64,000 nucleotides of DNA from Paracoccaceae bacterium (GTDB lineage Bacteria > Pseudomonadota > Alphaproteobacteria > Rhodobacterales > Rhodobacteraceae). The translations under genes and the position numbers were made by a program. Location of the stretch: the NCBI GenBank assembly GCA_020628545.1, contig JAHDEX010000005.1, positions 29,401 to 93,400 of the forward strand, written 5' to 3'. Under the pieces are notes generated by a model. It was not told the origin of the DNA, did not search any database, and saw nothing but the letters and a program-made list of their open reading frames with translations. Below are positions 18,190 to 28,553 of this stretch, one piece after another (positions within the stretch are counted from its first letter, which is position 1; every line of letters starts with the position of its first letter).

Positions 18190-18639
18190 ATGATTTACGT
18201 GGATGCGGATGCCTGCCCGGTGAAGGCCGAGGTCGAACGGGTCGGTACACGGCACAAGTTGAAGATGTTCATTGTCTCAAACGGGGGCATCCGCCCCTCG
18301 CAGAACCCATTTGTGGAAACAGTTGTGGTGCCGGATGGCCCAGACGTGGCCGACATGTGGATCGCGGATCGGGCGACCAAGGGCGACGTCGTGATTACAG
18401 GGGATATCCCTCTTGCTGACAAGTGCATCCAGAACGGCGCGCTGGTTTTGAAACACAATGGCGAGGCGTTGACACAAGCCAACATTGGCAACGTCTTGGC
18501 CACCAGAGACTTGATGACTGATATGCGGGCAGCAGACCCTTTTCGCCAGGGTGGTGGAAAGCCCTTCGCCAAGGCAGATCGGGCCCGTTTTCTGGATGCG
18601 CTGGAGCGGACGGTGCGGGCCGCAGCAAGGTTGGCGTAA
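18190..18639 (+). CDS. YaiI/YqxD-family protein (UPF0178 / DUF188)
   Basis: 149 aa starting [15 protein letters not shown].., the family hallmark. This is the internal start of track ORF 18010..18639. Confidence 0.8.
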   Translation: MIYVDADACPVKAEVERVGTRHKLKMFIVSNGGIRPSQNPFVETVVVPDGPDVADMWIADRATKGDVVITGDIPLADKCIQNGALVLKHNGEALTQANIGNVLATRDLMTDMRAADPFRQGGGKPFAKADRARFLDALERTVRAAARLA

Positions 18640-18833
18640 GGCGACGATTTCTTTGGAAGAAATCGGTCTGAATTCTACGAAGGAATTCAACGCCGCAACT
18701 GTATAACTGTTTCGAAATAGGCGACAATCACGCCACACTGATGCCGAAATTATCGGGTCTAAAAGCCGATAATTCAGCTTTGCCACGACTTATTGATAAA
18801 CGGTACCAGTGATTGTTCGAAGGCCCAGCGATC

Positions 18834-19616
18834 ATGATAAGTGACGACGAGATTGACGCGTATCAGCGCGACGGTGCCATTGTGGTCCGTGGCGTCTTTG
18901 CTGATTGGATCGACGTGATGGCGAACGGCGTGGCAGAAAACATGGCCGCGCCCGGTGAATACGCCTCTGAAAACGCTGTCACCGAAGGCCGCTTTTTCGA
19001 TGACTACTGCAACTGGACCCGCATCGCCCCGTTCGAACGCGTTATCCGCGAAAGCTGCGCCGGAGAACTTGCGGCCAAAGCCATGCGATCTGACACAGCC
19101 CAATTTTTTCATGATCACGTGCTGGTCAAGGAACCGGGTACACCAAAGCCGACGCCGTGGCATCAGGATGCGCCTTACTATCTCGTGGAAGGCACGCAGA
19201 CGGTTAGTCAATGGATCCCGCTTGATCCGGTGAAAGAGGCCTCGCTGCGGTTCATCGCGGGGTCACACAAGTGGGAGCGGATGGTGCGGCCGGTCAGCTG
19301 GGCCGATGACAGTGACTTTTACGACAGCGGCGATTGGACCCCGGTGCCCGATCCTGATGCGAACCCCGAGGATGTTAAAGTCCTCGAATGGGCGTTGGAG
19401 CCGGGCGATTGCGTGCTGTTTGATTTTCGCACGGTGCATGGCGCGCGGGGCAATACGTCGGCATCCCGGCGCAGGGCACTATCGTTGCGGTGGGTCGGTG
19501 ATGACGCGCGTGTTGTGAATCGCCCCGGTCGTACATCGCCACCCTTTCACGGTCACAACATGGCGGCAGGTGCGCCGCTGCGGGACGATTGGTTCCCCAT
19601 TATTTGGAAGTCCTAG
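18834..19616 (+). CDS. Phytanoyl-CoA dioxygenase (PhyH) family Fe(II)/2-oxoglutarate oxygenase
   Basis: PhyH-like N-terminus ..IDAYQRDGAIVVRGVF.. and the metal-binding region WHQDAPYY. ATG at 18834, inside track ORF 18813..19616. Confidence 0.75.
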   Translation: MISDDEIDAYQRDGAIVVRGVFADWIDVMANGVAENMAAPGEYASENAVTEGRFFDDYCNWTRIAPFERVIRESCAGELAAKAMRSDTAQFFHDHVLVKEPGTPKPTPWHQDAPYYLVEGTQTVSQWIPLDPVKEASLRFIAGSHKWERMVRPVSWADDSDFYDSGDWTPVPDPDANPEDVKVLEWALEPGDCVLFDFRTVHGARGNTSASRRRALSLRWVGDDARVVNRPGRTSPPFHGHNMAAGAPLRDDWFPIIWKS

Positions 19617-19618
19617 GT

Positions 19619-20554
19619 ATGCTTTGGTTTGCTCTTGTCCTCCTTGTTGTAACTCTTCTCGCGGCGCTGCCGTCAATCCTCGAGGGTCGACGGTTCGTAA
19701 TTGATCGCGCTAAGCGGCAAGAGGCACCCGGAAAGTTTGCTGAGTTGTCGCAAGGCGTGACCCACTACCGCTGGATTGGGCCGACCCGGGGCCCGGTCGC
19801 AGTGATGATCCATGGATTGATCACAAGCTCTCCGATCTGGGAGGACCTTGCCGATACGATGGCCGATCTGGGCTATCGGGTGCTGGTCTACGATCTCTAT
19901 AACCGTGGCTATTCAGACAATGTCGACGGGCCGCATGACACTGACATGTATCTGCGCCAGCTGGACGATCTTCTCGCACATGAAGGCCTTGAAGATGGGC
20001 TGACGATGGTCGGCTATTCGATGGGCGGCATGATCGCCACCAAGTTCGCCGCCACGGAGCCGCACCGGATGCACCGTCTGATCCTGATGGCCCCTGGCGG
20101 AATCGACATGAACGAGAGCGATTTCGGCAAGTTCTGCCGAACCACGCCAATTCTTGGACCGTGGGTGCACGGTATCTGGGCTGGCATGCGGTTTACGCGC
20201 CAGATCAACGAAGATGCCTGGGCCGCCGCGAACCCGCATGTGGTCGATACAATGGCGATGGAGCTTGATCGCCGGGGCTTCCTGCCTGCGATCCTGGCCT
20301 GCCGCAGCGGGATCTTAACCGAGGTGCTAGAGGACGCATTTCGGTCCATCAACCGCGACGGCATTCCGACGATTGTGATCTGGGGTGAAGAGGATGGCGT
20401 CATTCCATCAAGCGCCATGGGGAAGATGGCGCAATGGAACCGCAAAGCGCATCACGAGATTATCGAGGGCGCCGGGCATGAGCTGCCCTACAGCCACGTG
20501 GCCGAAGTCAGCGACGTTTTGCGCGCCATGTTGCGAGAACAAAAAGCGGTTTAA
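19619..20554 (+). CDS. Alpha/beta hydrolase with an N-terminal membrane anchor
   Basis: Hydrophobic N-terminus MLWFALVLLVVTLLAAL, HGL oxyanion region and nucleophile elbow GYSMGG. The start lies 2 nt after the preceding stop. Confidence 0.75.
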   Translation: MLWFALVLLVVTLLAALPSILEGRRFVIDRAKRQEAPGKFAELSQGVTHYRWIGPTRGPVAVMIHGLITSSPIWEDLADTMADLGYRVLVYDLYNRGYSDNVDGPHDTDMYLRQLDDLLAHEGLEDGLTMVGYSMGGMIATKFAATEPHRMHRLILMAPGGIDMNESDFGKFCRTTPILGPWVHGIWAGMRFTRQINEDAWAAANPHVVDTMAMELDRRGFLPAILACRSGILTEVLEDAFRSINRDGIPTIVIWGEEDGVIPSSAMGKMAQWNRKAHHEIIEGAGHELPYSHVAEVSDVLRAMLREQKAV

Positions 20555-21795
20555 GCTGCCTGTGCCACAGGTGACAGTGGCTTCTCCCGGATTGGCAAAT
20601 GCACAACCGCGCTGAACGCGCCCACGGCCACACCGACCCACCAGACATGCGTGTAAGTGCCAAAGGCATCGTACATCCGCCCGCCCAGCCAGACGCCGAC
20701 AAATGAGCCAAGTTGGTGAGAGAAGAACACAAGTCCGTAAAGCGTGCCCATGTACCGCAAGCCGTAGATATGCGCGACGAGGCCTGAGGTCAGCGGCACG
20801 GTTGCCAGCCACAGCGAGCCCATCGCGATTGAGAACAGGATCACCGTCGTAGGTGTCATCGGCACCATGATAAACGCCGCCGCAATGATCGTACGGCCCG
20901 TGTAGATCCCGGCCAGCAGATATTTCTTGGAATAGCGCTTGCCAAGGTAACCCGCGTAAAGCGTACCTGCGATATTGGCGAGACCGATCAGAGAGATTGC
21001 GACAGCACCCAAGGCGCTTGTGGTGGTGATCCCCATATTCGACAACATGCTGCCGGGCATGATCGGGCCGCAGACCTCTGCCACGAAGGCGGGGAAGTGC
21101 GCCGTGACGAACGACAGCTGATAGCCGCAGGAAAAGAAGCCGAGGAAGATGAACGTGTAGGACGGGTCCTTGAAGGCACGCCGGACGACCGTGCCGATGC
21201 TTTCTTCAAGTTCCGCCCGCGTCGCGACGGTTTCGGTGCGCATCATCGGCAGCACCAGAAGGACGCAAAGGATCAGCGCGGCAAACGTCACAAAGGTCAT
21301 CTGCCAAGTCATGAAGCTCAGCAGGTATTCCGCCAGCGGTGGCCCGAAGACCTGCCCGGCGGAACCCGCCGCTGTCGCAATGGCCAGCGCCATCGAGCGG
21401 TTCTCGTCCGAGGCCGCGCGGCCAACAACCGCGAGGATCACGCCAAAGCCAGTGCCCGCAATGCCAAAGCCCACAAGAACTTCATAGAACTGGTGCGCAA
21501 GCGGAGTGGTGGCCCCCGCCGACAGCAAGAGCCCCAGCGCGTAGCACAGGGCCCCCATGATGATCGCTTTGCGGTCGCCGATCTTTTCGGCGATGGCCCC
21601 GAAGATCGGCTGCCCAATCCCCCAAGCCAGGTTCTGGATCGCAATCGCAAGCGAGAAGTCTGCCCGCAACCAGCCGAACTCTTCGGCGATGGGGATCTGG
21701 AACACGCCAAAAGATGCGCGGATCGCAAAGCCTGTCATGATAATCAGGCAGCCCGCAATCAGAACCGGTGTGATCAGTGGCGCTTGTCTTTCCAT
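20551..21795 (-). CDS. MFS transporter
   Basis: 414 aa with about 12 hydrophobic segments. General MFS appearance; substrate unknown. Confidence 0.75.
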   Translation of the reverse strand: MERQAPLITPVLIAGCLIIMTGFAIRASFGVFQIPIAEEFGWLRADFSLAIAIQNLAWGIGQPIFGAIAEKIGDRKAIIMGALCYALGLLLSAGATTPLAHQFYEVLVGFGIAGTGFGVILAVVGRAASDENRSMALAIATAAGSAGQVFGPPLAEYLLSFMTWQMTFVTFAALILCVLLVLPMMRTETVATRAELEESIGTVVRRAFKDPSYTFIFLGFFSCGYQLSFVTAHFPAFVAEVCGPIMPGSMLSNMGITTTSALGAVAISLIGLANIAGTLYAGYLGKRYSKKYLLAGIYTGRTIIAAAFIMVPMTPTTVILFSIAMGSLWLATVPLTSGLVAHIYGLRYMGTLYGLVFFSHQLGSFVGVWLGGRMYDAFGTYTHVWWVGVAVGAFSAVVHLPIREKPLSPVAQAA

Positions 21796-21818
21796 ACGGC
21801 CACCAAACGACCGGTTTT

Positions 21819-22334
21819 TCAGGAAGTCAATTTTTGCGATTGTATCGGTACAGAGATGCCGAAGACGTAATCGGTGCAGATGATCTCACCCTCGGGCGTG
21901 GATTTTTCGCACAACAATGTGCCGCCAATCTTCTTGTAGAACGCGATTGCGCGGTCGTTGCCCTTCAGCACAGTCGCAGTGAATGGCGTCGGGTCTGCGC
22001 CGATGGCGTGGGTCAGAAGCGCCTGCGCCGCGCCGGTGCCGTGCGCGTGCCGCAAGGTGTAGTAACTGTATAGTTCGCGAGGATATGCCGCGCGCCACTC
22101 ATCATCCCGGTTGCGACCCATGTGTGCAAAGCCAATGCCCGGCAAATAGCTGACCGGGCACTTTCGGCCAAGAATATCCCCCCAGATTGCGCGGCGGCGG
22201 TCTCTGTTGCGCGCCTCAAACGCGGATCGAGGCAGCAGGTTGGGATAGGTTTCCTCCCATGCCTGCAGGTGCAGTTCGACGATATCGTCCAGGTCGTCTT
22301 CGGTCGCGTTCCGTGGTGTCATAGGGGCGACCAT
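21819..22334 (-). CDS. GNAT-family N-acetyltransferase
   Basis: 171 aa with acetyl-CoA motif-like LRHAHGTGAAQALL. Confidence 0.7.
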   Translation of the reverse strand: MVAPMTPRNATEDDLDDIVELHLQAWEETYPNLLPRSAFEARNRDRRRAIWGDILGRKCPVSYLPGIGFAHMGRNRDDEWRAAYPRELYSYYTLRHAHGTGAAQALLTHAIGADPTPFTATVLKGNDRAIAFYKKIGGTLLCEKSTPEGEIICTDYVFGISVPIQSQKLTS

Positions 22335-22396
22335 AATGCGGTGACATTTGGGGGCAACGCTGACTGAAAGGTTGTGAAGAACCGCATCGGCACGGT

Positions 22397-23464
22397 ATGC
22401 GAAAGTCTATGACGATGCAGGACATTTACCGGGCCAAGGTGGCCGCAGGCAGCTTGCAAGCTGACCCTGCGCAAGAGGCCGTGCTGGGCGAGTTAGAGCG
22501 TGTGCGGCAGGCCCTTGCAGCGCCAGCTCCCAAGAAGGGGTTCTTCCGCAAAGCCCCGGAACCGGAACCGGGACTATACATGTGGGGCGGTGTCGGGCGC
22601 GGCAAGTCAATGCTGATGGATCTGCTGTACGAGGCAGTTGAAGCTCCGAAACAGCGGCAGCATTTCCATGCCTTCATGCAGTGGGTTCATGCCCGCATGG
22701 GCGACGCGCGCAAGCGTGGCGTTGATGATGCGATTGCCCCGGTCGCTGCAGAATTGGTCGCAGACGTGCGCTTCCTTGCGTTTGATGAAATGCAGATTAC
22801 CGACATCACCGATGCGATGATCGTGGGGCGCTTGTTTGAGGCGTTGTTTGCAGGAGGTGTCACGGTCGTGACCACATCGAACCGGCCACCTGACGATCTT
22901 TACAAGGACGGGCTGAATCGCCAGCTTTTTGTGCCGTTCATTGAGCTGATCAAACAAAAGCTGGTCGTGCATGAGCTGTCCAGTCCAACAGATTACCGGC
23001 AAGGCCGATTGGCCGGGTCGCCTGCCTATTTCACGCCGCTGACGCGCGAAGCGCGCGCGCAGATCGATGCGGTGTGGCAAGATTTGACAGGCGGCGAAGA
23101 CGCACCATTAACGTTGCATGTGAAAGGCCGTGAAGTTGTCCTGCCACGTTTTCACAACGGCGCGGCCCGCGTGCCATTCTTTGAACTTTGCGGCAGACCA
23201 CTTGGCGCAGCGGACTACCTCGCCTTGGCAGAGGCCGTGCGGGTGCTGATCCTTGAGGAAATTCCGCAACTTGGTCGTAGCAACTTCAACGAAGCCAAGC
23301 GTTTTGTAACGCTGATTGATGCGCTTTACGAAGGCAAGGTCAAGCTGATCGCGTCAGCCGCCGCAGCGCCAGAGATGCTTTACATCGAAGGTGAGGGGAC
23401 GTTCGAATTTGAACGCACCGCAAGCCGTTTACGAGAGATGCAGTCGGCGGACTGGGCGGCTTAA
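22397..23464 (+). CDS. zapE: Cell division protein ZapE (AFG1-like ATPase)
   Basis: Walker A GLYMWGGVGRGKSMLMD and Walker B FLAFDEMQ. The overall AFG1 layout is present. Alternative ATG starts lie at 22409 and 22415. Confidence 0.85.
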   Translation: MRKSMTMQDIYRAKVAAGSLQADPAQEAVLGELERVRQALAAPAPKKGFFRKAPEPEPGLYMWGGVGRGKSMLMDLLYEAVEAPKQRQHFHAFMQWVHARMGDARKRGVDDAIAPVAAELVADVRFLAFDEMQITDITDAMIVGRLFEALFAGGVTVVTTSNRPPDDLYKDGLNRQLFVPFIELIKQKLVVHELSSPTDYRQGRLAGSPAYFTPLTREARAQIDAVWQDLTGGEDAPLTLHVKGREVVLPRFHNGAARVPFFELCGRPLGAADYLALAEAVRVLILEEIPQLGRSNFNEAKRFVTLIDALYEGKVKLIASAAAAPEMLYIEGEGTFEFERTASRLREMQSADWAA

Positions 23465-24009
23465 TCTTTCCGGGTTTTGCTGAAAAGCATCGTATCTTTG
23501 CAGTCTCTCCGTGGCGGCGTGGTCTGCGCGCGTAGCGGCGTTGCCGGGTCGATGCTGCTCACGCGGATGTATTTGCCGTTGATGCAAACGTCCTGCGCGT
23601 AATTGCCTGAATTGAAACCGAAGCCGGGGTTGCCGCAATCATCGACATTTCCATTCGCGTTCCATCCCTGAGAGACGAGACTGCCAAAATTGCCACCAAC
23701 CGGAAAGTTCATCGTGTCCGGCTCAAACCGCAGGAACCAAGTGGTCGATGCTGTGCGCTCTGCCAGGGACCAGGACCCAATTTCGCGCCCGCGATGGTAG
23801 CCGGTGATTTCAAAGTCGGTCACGTCGCCTTCTGTCACGAGCGGCTTTGCCATCGCGCCGGGGGAAAGCTGCATCCGGCCCGTCATAGTGTAACCACTGC
23901 CACCGACCCAGCAGATATAAAGATCGGCGCTTTGTGCGGGGGCTGCAAACGCGAACATGCAGGCCAAAACGGCCTGCATGCTGCACACTGCTCGACGGGT
24001 TGGTCCCAT
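23461..24009 (-). CDS. Secreted hypothetical protein (4 Cys in the mature part)
   Basis: Signal peptide ..MQAVLACMFAFAAPAQS/ADLY.. No family recognised. Trimmed from track ORF 23461..24111. Confidence 0.55.
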   Translation of the reverse strand: MGPTRRAVCSMQAVLACMFAFAAPAQSADLYICWVGGSGYTMTGRMQLSPGAMAKPLVTEGDVTDFEITGYHRGREIGSWSLAERTASTTWFLRFEPDTMNFPVGGNFGSLVSQGWNANGNVDDCGNPGFGFNSGNYAQDVCINGKYIRVSSIDPATPLRAQTTPPRRDCKDTMLFSKTRKD

Positions 24010-24252
24010 CTGTTTGTTGTTCCGTTTTTGCACTGGGATTGCCGCCTCTTGGGCCATGTCTTTCGCGTGCGCGGCCATCGGAAGGATGGCGCGTTTTGCA
24101 CGCAAAATCATGAAGTTACCCCCGATATGTGCGGCACCGTTTGGTGGTTTGGCTGGCAGGCCCGGCGCATCAATTCTTGTTGAGAACCTGTATAGGAAAG
24201 AGTGATTCGCGGGTCAAAAGAAAAACGAATCATCTGGCAAAAAACTGCAGGT

Positions 24253-25533
24253 TTATGACGGGTCGTTTTTTCGGATCACATCGCCCGCAAAATAAAGCGA
24301 TCCGCAGATCAGAATACGGGCATGCGGCGCATCGGCAATAATGGCATCAATCGCGGCCTCGACATTGTCGGCTGTCGAAGCAGTGATGCCCACCGAAGTG
24401 GCCACATCCGCGGTCGTCTGCGCTGGTAAAGTGTTCGCCTCACCCGGGATGGACACGCCCGTCAAGGTTGCGGCATGTGCCGCCAACGGGCGCAAGTATC
24501 CCGTGATGTCTTTGGTATTGAGCATACCGCAAATAAGGTGGGTCGGGCGGGGTGCGAGGCCCTTGAGTGTCGCTGCAATCGCTTCACCAGCAGCCGGATT
24601 ATGCCCCCCGTCAAGCCAAAGTTCGGCGGTGCCGGCGCGCTCGACCAAAGCACCTTCGCACAACCGCTCCATCCGGGCGGGCCAGTGGGCTTTTGTGACG
24701 GCGGCTTCGCAGCCTGCCTCACCCACGCCAAGCGCGCGCAGCGCCGCAATCGCGGCACCCGCATTCATAATCTGATGCGGGCCGGGCAGATTTGGCAGCG
24801 GCAGATCGCGCAAGCTGGTTTCGTCCTGGTAGACAAGGCGCCCGCGTTCATCCTGCACATGCCAGTGCTGACCATGTACGAGAAGTGGCGCGCCGACGCG
24901 GGCGGCTTGGCGCTCAATCACCTCAAGCGCGTCGTCATGTTGCGGCCCGACGATACAGGGCACGCCCCGCTTTATGATCCCCGCCTTTTCGCCAGCAATC
25001 GCAGGCAGTGTGTCGCCCAGAAAGGCCTGATGATCCATGTCCACCGGCGTGATGATGGTGAGCTTCGGTTCGGCGATGACGTTGGTGGCATCGAGGCGTC
25101 CGCCAAGACCCACTTCAAGCAGGGTGTAGTCTGCATCGGTCTCTGCAAATGCAAGAAGGGCGGCGACGGTCGTTATCTCGAAATACGTGATAGGGTCCGG
25201 CCCGTTTGCGGCATAGCAACGGTCCAACACTTCGGTCAGCGCCTCTTCGGTGATCAATTCACCCGCGAGCCGGATACGTTCATGAAACCGCGCCAGATGC
25301 GGTGAGGTATAGGCGTGAACCGCGTGGCCCTCTGCCTCCAACCCCGCACGGATCATCGCCTGGGTGGAGCCTTTGCCGTTGGTGCCCGCGATATGGATTA
25401 CCGGTGGCAAACGGTTCTGTGGATTCCCGACAGCCTCCAACAAGCGCCAGACACGGTCGAGCGTCAGGTCAATGACCTTTGGGTGCAGATCCATCATCCG
25501 CTTGAGGATCACGTCGGAACGCTGGCTCATCAT
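24253..25533 (-). CDS. folC: Bifunctional folylpolyglutamate synthase / dihydrofolate synthase
   Basis: P-loop HIAGTNGKGST. It is Mur-ligase-like and sits in the conserved position downstream of accD. Start placed at MMSQRSD. Confidence 0.88.
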   Translation of the reverse strand: MMSQRSDVILKRMMDLHPKVIDLTLDRVWRLLEAVGNPQNRLPPVIHIAGTNGKGSTQAMIRAGLEAEGHAVHAYTSPHLARFHERIRLAGELITEEALTEVLDRCYAANGPDPITYFEITTVAALLAFAETDADYTLLEVGLGGRLDATNVIAEPKLTIITPVDMDHQAFLGDTLPAIAGEKAGIIKRGVPCIVGPQHDDALEVIERQAARVGAPLLVHGQHWHVQDERGRLVYQDETSLRDLPLPNLPGPHQIMNAGAAIAALRALGVGEAGCEAAVTKAHWPARMERLCEGALVERAGTAELWLDGGHNPAAGEAIAATLKGLAPRPTHLICGMLNTKDITGYLRPLAAHAATLTGVSIPGEANTLPAQTTADVATSVGITASTADNVEAAIDAIIADAPHARILICGSLYFAGDVIRKNDPS

Positions 25534-25561
25534 CGGTCCTCGATCTGCGGATGTGGTTTTG

Positions 25562-26491
25562 CTAGGCTTTTGCGGCGTCAGCGGTCGCCGCGCCAGCATC
25601 GTTGACCTTGTCCGGCGCAGGCAAGTCGCCGTGGATTGCGGGGTCCTGTTTCATCAGCATGCGCACAATCGTCACCAGCTCTTCTTTCAGGTCGGTCCGC
25701 TTTGTCACACGGTCAAGCATCCCGTGATCCAACAGGTACTCCGCGCGTTGGAAACCTTCGGGCAGCTTTTCACCGATGGTCTGTTCGATCACACGGGCAC
25801 CGGCGAAGCCGATCAGCGCGTTGGGTTCGGCAATCTGCACATCGCCCAGCATCGCATAGGACGCGGTCACACCACCCGTCGTCGGATGAGTCAGCACCAC
25901 GATGTAGGGCAAGCCCGCTTCTTTCAGCATCTGTACCGCAATTGTGGTCCGAGGCATCTGCATGAGGCCCAGGATGCCTTCTTGCATCCGCGCCCCTCCA
26001 GCTGCGGAAAAGAGGATCAGCGGACGATTCAATTCAATCGCGCGCTCTGCAGCGGCGATGATCGCGTTGCCGACATACATCGACATCGACCCACCCATGA
26101 AGGAAAAGTCCTGCACCGCGACAACGACGGGCGTCCGGATCATCTCGCCCTCAGCGACCAGCATCGCGTCTTTCTCGCTCGTCTTCTTGCGCGCGTCTCG
26201 GATGCGGTCGGTGTACTTTTTCTGGTCTTTGAAGTGCAGCGGGTCCGCGACGGGTTCTGGCACCGCAACCTCGGTATAAAGACCGCCGTCAAAAAGGGTC
26301 GCAAGCCGGTCGCGCGCGCCGATAGGCATGTGGTGGCCGCAGTTCGTGCAGACGTTCAGATTTTCTGAAAGCTCGCGGTGGAACAGCATCGTGCCGCAGT
26401 CATCACACTTCGTCCAAAGGTTCTCGGGCACTTCGCGCCGCGAAAACAGCGAGTTGATCGTCGGACGGACGTAATTGGTGATCCAGTTCAT
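25562..26491 (-). CDS. accD: Acetyl-CoA carboxylase carboxyltransferase beta subunit
   Basis: N-terminus [10 protein letters not shown].. with Zn-ribbon [16 protein letters not shown], canonical AccD. Confidence 0.93.
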   Translation of the reverse strand: MNWITNYVRPTINSLFSRREVPENLWTKCDDCGTMLFHRELSENLNVCTNCGHHMPIGARDRLATLFDGGLYTEVAVPEPVADPLHFKDQKKYTDRIRDARKKTSEKDAMLVAEGEMIRTPVVVAVQDFSFMGGSMSMYVGNAIIAAAERAIELNRPLILFSAAGGARMQEGILGLMQMPRTTIAVQMLKEAGLPYIVVLTHPTTGGVTASYAMLGDVQIAEPNALIGFAGARVIEQTIGEKLPEGFQRAEYLLDHGMLDRVTKRTDLKEELVTIVRMLMKQDPAIHGDLPAPDKVNDAGAATADAAKA

Positions 26492-26563
26492 TGCGATGCC
26501 CTTGCGTTATTGACGCTCAGATATGCTGTGCCATGCGGGATTGCAACGATTGGGTGGGAGTGA

Positions 26564-26592
26564 GGCCTGCAGCACCATGTCGGCTGCAGGCC
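26564..26592 (-). terminator. Hairpin downstream of the DUF1330 gene
   Basis: 10-bp stem GGCCTGCAGC / GCTGCAGGCC with a 9-nt loop. There is no clear U-tail on the minus strand. Confidence 0.4.
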
Positions 26593-26605
26593 CCCTTTCA
26601 TGGAT

Positions 26606-26887
26606 TTAAAGCAGGGTGATCGTCGTCGTTCCGCTGCCGCGACGCAGCGCGTGCACATCTGAAAGCGCTGGGTCGTTCATCCATGCCTGTGCTGCGTCTT
26701 TCGACGGGAAGCTGAGCAACGCGATGGCGGTCGGCAACGTGCCTTCCCCTTCGATAATCGCAAGATCGCCAGAGGCCTGCAGAATTGCGCCCCCATGCTT
26801 GGCAAGGGCGGCCCCGGCTTTCTCACGATACGCGGCGAGGCTTTCGGGGTTCGTGACGGTCAGAGTTGCAACGGCATGTGTGGTCAT
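26606..26887 (-). CDS. DUF1330-domain protein
   Basis: 93 aa, MTTHAVATLTVTNPESLAAYREKAGAALAKHGG.., preceded by SD AAAGGA. Trimmed from track ORF 26606..26965. Confidence 0.7.
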   Translation of the reverse strand: MTTHAVATLTVTNPESLAAYREKAGAALAKHGGAILQASGDLAIIEGEGTLPTAIALLSFPSKDAAQAWMNDPALSDVHALRRGSGTTTITLL

Positions 26888-26963
26888 TGGATGTCCTTTC
26901 TTGTGATGACCAAGAGATACGGCGTAGCCGCCTGCGCGAAAATACGCTAATGTTGCATTCACC

Positions 26964-27866
26964 ATGTGCAGAAACGATCGGGATGGAGCTGTGGACTGGA
27001 ACGATTTACGGTTTGTGCTGGAGACCTCGCGCCAGAAAGGCCTGAGCGGCGCTGCGCGCGTGCTTGGTGTGAACCACGCAACGGTGGCCCGGCGGATCGC
27101 TGCGGCGGAGGATGCCCTTCAGGTCACGCTATTTGATCGTTTGCCCACCGGATATCGCCCGACAACAGCCGGTCAGGCGGCGGTTGAAGCAGCCATCGCG
27201 ATGGAAACCATCGGCATTGATCTGGAGCGGACAATTGGGGCAGAGGATCTGGCGATTGCGGGCGACCTGACCGTGACAGCACCCCAATTGATGATCGGGC
27301 ATGTCCTCTCGCCCGTTCTGCGCGACTTCTCAAGGGCCTATCCTGAAATCCGGCTCAAAGTGCTTGGCACGAACGAGACGCTGAACCTCGCCCGTCGCGA
27401 AGCGGATGTTGCCATCCGGATCAGCAACACCCCGCACGAGACGTTGTTTGGCCGCAAGGTCGCGGATCAAAAGTCTGCCGTCTACGCAAGCCGCGCCTAT
27501 CTTGAGGCGCTTGAGACGGACCCCGACAAGGCCTTGTCCTGGCTCCGGTTTGAACAATGGACAGGCATCATTCCAGAGGTCCGCGCCGCCTATCCGAATG
27601 TCACAGTGGCCATGACCTTTGATGATATGGCCGCGATGCTGGGCGCCGTTGAAGCGGGGATCGGTGTGACGCGCATGCCGTGCTTTCTGGGGGATGCCGC
27701 ACCGAACCTTGTGCGCGTGCCGCGGATTCCGCTCATGCCTTATCTGAGCATTTGGGTGCTGACCCATGCGGACCTTCGCAAAGTGGCCCGCATCTCGACC
27801 TTTATGACGTTCGTGGGGGAGCGGCTTGCGCAGCTCCGCCCACTTTTTGAAGGTGTGCCAGGCTAG
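26964..27866 (+). CDS. LysR-family transcriptional regulator
   Basis: HTH WNDLRFVLETSRQKGLSGAARVLGVNHATVARRIAAAEDAL. Divergent from the DUF1330 gene. Confidence 0.85.
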   Translation: MCRNDRDGAVDWNDLRFVLETSRQKGLSGAARVLGVNHATVARRIAAAEDALQVTLFDRLPTGYRPTTAGQAAVEAAIAMETIGIDLERTIGAEDLAIAGDLTVTAPQLMIGHVLSPVLRDFSRAYPEIRLKVLGTNETLNLARREADVAIRISNTPHETLFGRKVADQKSAVYASRAYLEALETDPDKALSWLRFEQWTGIIPEVRAAYPNVTVAMTFDDMAAMLGAVEAGIGVTRMPCFLGDAAPNLVRVPRIPLMPYLSIWVLTHADLRKVARISTFMTFVGERLAQLRPLFEGVPG

Positions 27867-27885
27867 ATGCCCGACACCCAAAACC

Positions 27886-28134
27886 TTATTCGGTGACCGT
27901 CGTGGCTGGTGCCGTTTGATCAGCCGTCGCGGGAGCGGCTTCTTCAAGTGCTGGCGCACCTGTTGTCGCTGCTGTGCCGTCGCCGCCGCCGCTGCCGAGC
28001 AGGAAGATGCCTGCAATAATGGCCACAACAACGATGATACCAATCACCCAGCCAGCGCCGCCGCTTTCATTTTGCATAGCGATGCGACGTTCTGCTTGGG
28101 CCCGCCGTAGGTTCTCTTGATCGATGGACGTCAT
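27886..28134 (-). CDS. Small single-pass membrane protein (82 aa)
   Basis: SD AAAGGAG precedes ATG 28134. One TM helix (GWVIGIIVVVAIIAGIFLLG) and an Ala/Thr/Pro-rich tail. No family recognised. Confidence 0.55.
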   Translation of the reverse strand: MTSIDQENLRRAQAERRIAMQNESGGAGWVIGIIVVVAIIAGIFLLGSGGGDGTAATTGAPALEEAAPATADQTAPATTVTE

Positions 28135-28553
28135 TTGATGCTCCTTTCGCTTCTCAGACACAGCTTCCCCGGTCTGCAAAACGCGCACGCCTGCAGTCCG
28201 CGCAGTGTGCCCTGCGCTTTGGTTTCAAGTTGAACACCACCACAATACGCCAAAGGGCAGAGGGGTTCCGGCAGGTTTGCGGGGATGGGTCCGATCCGGC
28301 CCGTTCTTGCCACTTTTCCGCCACAATCAGCCAAAAATGGCCGATCCGGAGCGGCGCCACCTGCGACAGATCGGAGCGTCGACCATTGGCCGTTGGCGTC
28401 ATGCGCGGAGACACGGGGCTGTGCGCCCTTCGGACAGGTCAGCAGATTAAAATCACCGGTGGCTTTGGGACCCTTTGCTCTGAGGTCAAAGCGCCGCGAA
28501 CGACCGCATACCTGTAACTTAGGGCGATTACTAAGTGTCTTGATCGGGCGCAT
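28131..28553 (-). CDS. Candidate Cys-rich hypothetical protein (140 aa); coding status uncertain
   Basis: This is the only long ORF in an otherwise ~440-bp gap. Its TGA overlaps the ATG of the downstream small membrane protein (ATGA). It contains 9 Cys. It has many A/T-ending codons, no obvious SD, and no family recognised. Confidence 0.3.
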   Translation of the reverse strand: MRPIKTLSNRPKLQVCGRSRRFDLRAKGPKATGDFNLLTCPKGAQPRVSAHDANGQWSTLRSVAGGAAPDRPFLADCGGKVARTGRIGPIPANLPEPLCPLAYCGGVQLETKAQGTLRGLQACAFCRPGKLCLRSERSIK

